Assembly: GCA_035251235.1 (NCBI GenBank)
Contig: DATFEJ010000018.1
Span: 1 to 55,436, forward strand
Direction: 5' to 3'
DNA length: 55,436 nucleotides
From: Burkholderiales bacterium
GTDB lineage: Bacteria; Pseudomonadota; Gammaproteobacteria; Burkholderiales; SG8-39
The translations under genes were made by a program, and so were the position numbers. Below the pieces are notes generated by a model. That model ran no database searches, was not told the origin of the DNA, and saw nothing but the letters and a program-made list of their open reading frames with translations. This document shows, in pieces, positions 47,759-55,436 of this stretch (position 1 is the first letter of the stretch; the number at the start of each line of letters is the position of its first letter).

Positions 47759-49132
47759 ATGAAAGTCATCATTCTGGGCGCCGGCCAGGTCGGCGCCACC
47801 GTAGCCGAGAGCCTGGTCTCCGAGCAGAACGACATCACGGTGGTCGACGTGGATTCCGCGCGGCTGCGCGCGCTGCAGGACCGCTTCGACCTGAGGACCG
47901 TGACGGGCAGCGCCTCCCACCCCGCGGTGCTGGAGGAAGCGGGGATCGGCGATGCCGACCTGCTGATCGCGGTCACGCAGTCGGACGAGACGAACCTAGT
48001 GGCCTGCAGGCTCGCCGCGCGCATGTTCAACGTGCCCAGGCGCGTGGCGCGCATCCGCGCCAATGCCTTTCTCGACAACAAGCTGGTGCTGGGGCCGGAC
48101 GGATTCGACGTGGATCTGTCCATCTGCCCGGAGCAGGTGCTCACGGAATACATCGTCAAGCTGGTCGAGTTCCCGGAAGCGCTCCAGGTGCTGGATTTCG
48201 CCGACGGCAAAGTGAGCCTGGTCGCCGTGCGCGCCTACCAGGGCGGGCCCATGGTGGGCCGGCCGGTCAAGGAGATCCGCGCGCACATCCCGAACATCGA
48301 CACGCGCATCGTCGCCATCTTCCGTCGCGACGGCGCGGTCCTGCCGGACGGCGATACGATCATCGAGGCCGGCGACGAGGTGTTCTGCCTGGCGGCGGCG
48401 GACAATATCCGGCAGGTGATGCACGAGCTGCGCCGCATGGACCAGCCGGTCAAGCGCGTCATGATCGCCGGCGGCGGCAACATCGGCCTGCGCCTGGCGC
48501 GCGCGCTCGAAGGACAGTACGCCGTGCGCCTCATCGAGCACAACAAGCGCCGCTGCGAGTTCCTCGCGGCGCGCCTCAATCAGGCGCTGGTGCTGAACGG
48601 CGACGCCACCGACGAGGAGCTGCTGGAGCAGGAGAACATCGGCGAGATGGACCTGTTCGTCGCGGTGACCAACGACGACGAGAACAACATCATGAGCTCG
48701 CTGCTCGCCAAGCGCATGGGCGCGCGGCGCGTGGTGGCGCTCATCAACCGCCGCAGCTACGTCGACCTGCTGCAAAGCGGGCAGATCGACATCGCCATCT
48801 CGCCCGCGCAGGCGACGATCGGCAAGCTGCTCGCCCACGTGCGCCGCGGCGACGTCGTCGCGGTGCACAGCCTGCGGCGCGGCGCCGCCGAGGCGCTGGA
48901 GGCGGTGGTGCACGGCGACCGGGAGTCCTGCCGGGTCACCGGCCGCAGCGTCGAGGAGATCGAGCTGCCGGCCGGGGCCACCATCGGCGCCGTGGTGCGC
49001 AACGGCAAGGTGCTGATGGCGCATCACGACACGCGCATCGAGGCCGAGGATCACGTCATCGTGTTCGTGACGGACAAGAAGACCATGCCGCGGGTCGAGA
49101 AGCTGTTCCAGGTCGCCGCCCGCTTCCTCTAG
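47759..49132 (+). CDS. trkA: Trk potassium uptake system NAD-binding protein TrkA
   Basis: In frame with track ORF 46643..49132(+). ATG 47759 gives MKVIILGAGQVGATVAESL. A second Rossmann repeat reads VMIAGGGNIGLRLARAL. Confidence 0.95.
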   Translation: MKVIILGAGQVGATVAESLVSEQNDITVVDVDSARLRALQDRFDLRTVTGSASHPAVLEEAGIGDADLLIAVTQSDETNLVACRLAARMFNVPRRVARIRANAFLDNKLVLGPDGFDVDLSICPEQVLTEYIVKLVEFPEALQVLDFADGKVSLVAVRAYQGGPMVGRPVKEIRAHIPNIDTRIVAIFRRDGAVLPDGDTIIEAGDEVFCLAAADNIRQVMHELRRMDQPVKRVMIAGGGNIGLRLARALEGQYAVRLIEHNKRRCEFLAARLNQALVLNGDATDEELLEQENIGEMDLFVAVTNDDENNIMSSLLAKRMGARRVVALINRRSYVDLLQSGQIDIAISPAQATIGKLLAHVRRGDVVAVHSLRRGAAEALEAVVHGDRESCRVTGRSVEEIELPAGATIGAVVRNGKVLMAHHDTRIEAEDHVIVFVTDKKTMPRVEKLFQVAARFL

Positions 49133-49147
49133 TCCCCCGCGCCCGCC

Positions 49148-50602
49148 GTGCGACTGCTCGCCGTCCTGCACCTGCTGTCGCTGGTCCTCATCCTGTTCGC
49201 CGCCTGCATGCTGGTGCCGCTCGGCTTTTCGCTGGCCCTGGCCGACGGCGCGCATTGGGCGCACGCCAAGGCGCTCGCCGCGACGGCCGCGGCGGGCATC
49301 GGGCTCTGGTCGGCATCGCGTCGCGCCGGGCGCGAATTGCAGGTGCGCGATGGCTTCCTGCTGGTCGCGCTGGTGTGGACGGTGCTCCCGGGATTCGCCA
49401 CGCTGCCGCTGCTCCTGCAATTGCCGGACCTGTCGTTCACCGACGCGTACTTCGAGGCGGCGTCGGGGCTGACCGCGAGCGGCGCCACGGTGCTCTCGGG
49501 TCTCGACCGCCTGCCGCCTTCGATCAACATCTGGCGCGGTTTCATGATCTGGCTGGGCGGCATGGGCGTGATCGTGCTCGCCGTGGCGATCATGCCGCTC
49601 CTGGGCGTGGGCGGCTCGCAGCTGTTCAAGGCGGAGACGCCAACGCCGATGAAGGACACCAAGCTCACGCCGCGCATCGCCGAGACCGCCAAGGGCCTGT
49701 GGCTGGTGTACTTCGGCCTGACCGTGGCCTGCGGCCTGGCGTACCACTGGGCCGGCATGACGTGGCTGGATGCGCTGATGCACGCCTTCACCACCCTGGG
49801 CCTGGGAGGGTTCTCGACGCACGACGAGAGCTACGCCTACTGGAGCTCGCCGCGCATCGAAGCGGTCGCCATCGTCTTCATGCTGATCGCGGCGATCAAC
49901 TTCGCCACGCATTTCCTCGCCTGGCACCGGCGCAGCCTGCGCCCCTATCGCGTCGACCCGGAAGCCAAGCTCTTCCTCGGCGTCGTCGCGGCCTCGGTGC
50001 TGGGGGTCGCCGCCTATCTCCTGTGGACGAACGTGTACCCGGATTTCGGCGTCGCGCTGCGCTACGCCGCCTTCAACGTCGTGTCGATCGCGACGACCAC
50101 CGGCTACGCCAACACCGACTTCAACCAGTGGCCCATCTTCGCGCCGCTGTGGATGCTGTTCCTGTGCAGCTTCGCCAGCTGCTCGGGCTCCACGGGCAGC
50201 GGCATGAAGATGATCCGCGCGCAGATCCTCTTCAAGCAGATCTTCCGCGAGCTGCTGCGCATCATCCACCCGAGCGTCTACAACCCGGTAAAGCTCGGCG
50301 GCCGGCTGGTGGAGAACAACGTGGTGTTCGCGGTCCTCGCCTACGTGTTCGTCTACGTCTCCTGCATCATCGTCTTCACGCTGCTGCTGACGGTGAGCGG
50401 GGCGGACGTGGTGACGGCGTTCTCGGCCGCCGTGGTGTCCATGAACAATACCGGTCCGGGCCTCGGCCAGGTCGGACCGGCGGGCACCTACGCCGTGTTG
50501 AACGACTTCCAGACCTGGGTGTGCTCCTTCGCCATGCTGCTCGGCAGGCTGGAGCTGTTCACGCTGCTGGTGGTGCTGACACCGGCGTTCTGGCGCAAGT
50601 GA
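49148..50602 (+). CDS. trkH: Trk potassium uptake system membrane protein TrkH
   Basis: Track ORF 49148..50602(+), GTG start, 484 aa. Polytopic, with repeated pore-loop motifs (TASGATV, LGLGGFSTH, TTTGYAN, NNTGPGLG). Confidence 0.94.
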   Translation: MRLLAVLHLLSLVLILFAACMLVPLGFSLALADGAHWAHAKALAATAAAGIGLWSASRRAGRELQVRDGFLLVALVWTVLPGFATLPLLLQLPDLSFTDAYFEAASGLTASGATVLSGLDRLPPSINIWRGFMIWLGGMGVIVLAVAIMPLLGVGGSQLFKAETPTPMKDTKLTPRIAETAKGLWLVYFGLTVACGLAYHWAGMTWLDALMHAFTTLGLGGFSTHDESYAYWSSPRIEAVAIVFMLIAAINFATHFLAWHRRSLRPYRVDPEAKLFLGVVAASVLGVAAYLLWTNVYPDFGVALRYAAFNVVSIATTTGYANTDFNQWPIFAPLWMLFLCSFASCSGSTGSGMKMIRAQILFKQIFRELLRIIHPSVYNPVKLGGRLVENNVVFAVLAYVFVYVSCIIVFTLLLTVSGADVVTAFSAAVVSMNNTGPGLGQVGPAGTYAVLNDFQTWVCSFAMLLGRLELFTLLVVLTPAFWRK

Positions 50603-50841
50603 GCAAGACTCCGGTCAGGCTGGTTACGGCGACCGTCGAGGCCCCTCGCGGCTGGGCGGTGCTGCGGCCGCCAGCGTGCCCGTGCTGCGTCGGGCGGGTG
50701 CAGTTGCAGGTCGAGCTGGCGCGCTTGATTCGCGAGCAGCAACCCAGCGGCGTGCAGATCGAGATGCGCGACCCGGAACATCTGCCGGCGATGCGCCGGG
50801 TGCTCGCACAGCGCCCGCTCTCGGATTACCTCGAGGTCTAG
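50599..50841 (+). CDS. Hypothetical 80-aa protein with a CPCC motif, translationally coupled to trkH
   Basis: The GTG at 50599 overlaps the trkH stop (GTGA). In frame with the tail of track ORF 49255..50841(+). Reads VSKTPVRLVTATVEAPRGWAVLRPPACPCCVGRVQLQVELARLIREQQPSGVQIEMRDPEHLPAMRRVLAQRPLSDYLEV. Roughly 85-90 percent G/C at third codon positions, as in the neighbouring genes. No family recognised. Confidence 0.5.
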   Translation: MSKTPVRLVTATVEAPRGWAVLRPPACPCCVGRVQLQVELARLIREQQPSGVQIEMRDPEHLPAMRRVLAQRPLSDYLEV

Positions 50842-51161
50842 GCGCGCAGCGCGGCGAGCGCAAGCGCCAGCCAGCCGAGCAGGAAGGCGACACCGCCGAG
50901 CGGCGTGACCGCGCCCAGCCACTTCGGCGCGCCGAGCGCGAGCGCATAGAGGCTGCCGGAGAACAGGACGATTCCCGCCAGCAGCAGCGCGCCGGCGGCG
51001 CGCGACCAGGCGCTCTGCCCGATGCCGGCCGCGCTCAAGCCCACGAGAATCATGCCGAGCGCATGCCACAGGTGATACTGGACGCCGGTATTCCAGACCG
51101 CCAGCATGTCGGCGGACAGCCGGGTCTTCAGGGCGTGCGCTCCGAACGCGCCCAGGGCCAC
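50838..51161 (-). CDS. DUF423 (YgdD-like) membrane protein; true start probably CTG at 51212
   Basis: Track ORF 50838..51161(-), GTG start: (V)ALGAFGAHALK...HLWHALG...LFSGSLY. Family members normally carry one more N-terminal helix. That helix is encoded in frame upstream (LSPKALLALGALLAAAG) starting at CTG 51212-51210, which overlaps the THX gene stop (CTGA). Confidence 0.8.
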   Translation of the reverse strand: MALGAFGAHALKTRLSADMLAVWNTGVQYHLWHALGMILVGLSAAGIGQSAWSRAAGALLLAGIVLFSGSLYALALGAPKWLGAVTPLGGVAFLLGWLALALAALRA

Positions 51162-51208
51162 GCCCGCCGCCGCGAGCAGCGCGCCCAGGGCGAGGAGCGC
51201 TTTGGGGC

Positions 51209-51313
51209 TCAGGCAGCCTTCTTCGTCTTCTTCTTCGCCCGGTGCGGGCGCGTCTTGCCGTAGCTTGCCTTGTAGATCTTGCCGCGCCGCGTGCGCTTGT
51301 CGCCCTTGCCCAT
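51209..51313 (-). CDS. 30S ribosomal protein THX
   Basis: Not in the ORF track (34 codons). The minus strand ATG at 51313-51311 gives MGKGDKRTRRGKIYKASYGKTRPHRAKKKTKKAA, then TGA at 51211-51209. This is close to the Thermus THX peptide ([25 protein letters not shown], recalled from memory). GGAG lies 8 nt upstream. Confidence 0.8.
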   Translation of the reverse strand: MGKGDKRTRRGKIYKASYGKTRPHRAKKKTKKAA

Positions 51314-51343
51314 GTCAGATCTCCGTTTGCAAAGTGGGCCGCA

Positions 51344-55072
<3,729 letters not shown>

Positions 55073-55082
55073 GGTCTGGCGG

Positions 55083-55122
55083 AAAAACAAAACGCCCGTT
55101 CGGCTTGCGCGGAAACGGGCGT
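55083..55122 (-). terminator. Terminator-like hairpin plus U-tract in the metH 5' leader (candidate attenuator / riboswitch expression platform)
   Basis: Minus strand: ACGCCCGTT-13 nt loop (contains GCGCAAGC, a GNRA-type tetraloop hairpin)-AACGGGCGT followed by TTTTGTTTTT, ending 10 nt before the metH ATG. There is no co-directional gene upstream for it to terminate. Confidence 0.5.
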
Positions 55123-55248
55123 CTGGGCACGTCTCTTTAGCGGTATTTGTAACGCGCCCGCAAGCTGAACTTCAAATCGGCGCGGACCCGCAGTGTGCCT
55201 ACATATCCCTGCTCTGTCAAACGCTTACCGCTATAATGGACTTCCGCC

Positions 55249-55436
55249 ATGGACCACCTCGAGCCCAAGCGCGCCTTCCAGTTCGTGCACCAGCACCCGG
55301 ATGCGCTGTTCATCGACTGCCGCAGCGAAATGGAATTCCTGTTCGTCGGCCATCCGGTGGGCGCGCTGCACGTGGCCTGGAACGACGGCCCGGACTGGGC
55401 GGTGAATCCGCACTTCGTCGGGCAGGTGAAGAAGCT
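55249..55436 (+). CDS. Rhodanese-like domain protein, 3' end outside window
   Basis: Open frame not in the track because there is no stop inside the window: MDHLEPKRAFQFVHQHPDALFIDCRSEMEFLFVGHPVGALHVAWNDGPDWAVNPHFVGQVKKL. The FIDCRS...GH..GA.H context is typical of single-domain rhodaneses. A perfect TATAAT sits at 55232-55237. Confidence 0.7.
   Translation, partial: MDHLEPKRAFQFVHQHPDALFIDCRSEMEFLFVGHPVGALHVAWNDGPDWAVNPHFVGQVKK

Noticed and set aside
55073-55231. SAH, SAM-II or cobalamin riboswitch in the metH leader
   Set aside because: I looked for the SAH core strings (GAGGAGCGC, AGGCUC, CAACGGCGC) and a B12-box-like GCCACTG context and found no convincing match. I kept the region only as an unclassified attenuator candidate. 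An Infernal scan is needed.

Overview
High-G+C proteobacterial chromosome segment (beta/gamma-proteobacterial gene order) covering the replication-origin neighbourhood. It is almost entirely coding and mostly housekeeping.

Gene content, left to right:
- A partial TauE-like permease and a HAD hydrolase.
- A complete four-gene Gram-negative 'dedicated sortase' module: a sensor kinase and response regulator, divergent from a VIT/vWA sortase substrate and a sortase.
- A small lipoprotein.
- The full atpIBEFHAGDC operon, with a near-consensus promoter.
- parB-parA-rsmG-mnmG, with two parS sites just upstream of mnmG.
- An MFS transporter.
- A co-directional pckG - class-III aminotransferase - TAXI-TRAP transporter block.
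- mnmE-yidC-yidD-rnpA-rpmH, divergent from dnaA-dnaN-gyrB. A perfect DnaA box overlaps the dnaA promoter.
- A type IA topoisomerase, smg, dprA and a LysM protein, divergent from def-fmt-rsmB.
- DUF4390, an NtrY-like kinase, an NtrX-like regulator, trkA and trkH.
- An 80-codon ORF coupled to trkH.
- DUF423, a 34-codon ribosomal protein THX gene that is too short for the ORF track, and metH.
- A partial rhodanese-like gene.

By eye I found no rRNA, tRNA, CRISPR array, IS element or integrase.

The one accessory 'system' is the sortase module. It is predicted in family databases but, as far as I know, functionally uncharacterised.

Smaller points worth a second look:
- Terminator-like leader hairpins directly upstream of metH and pckG.
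- Two genes that seem to need CTG starts.
- A degenerate AAA+ core in the NtrX-like regulator.
- The trkH-coupled CxCC mini-ORF.

Most long ORFs in the track are off-frame or antisense artefacts of the high G+C content.
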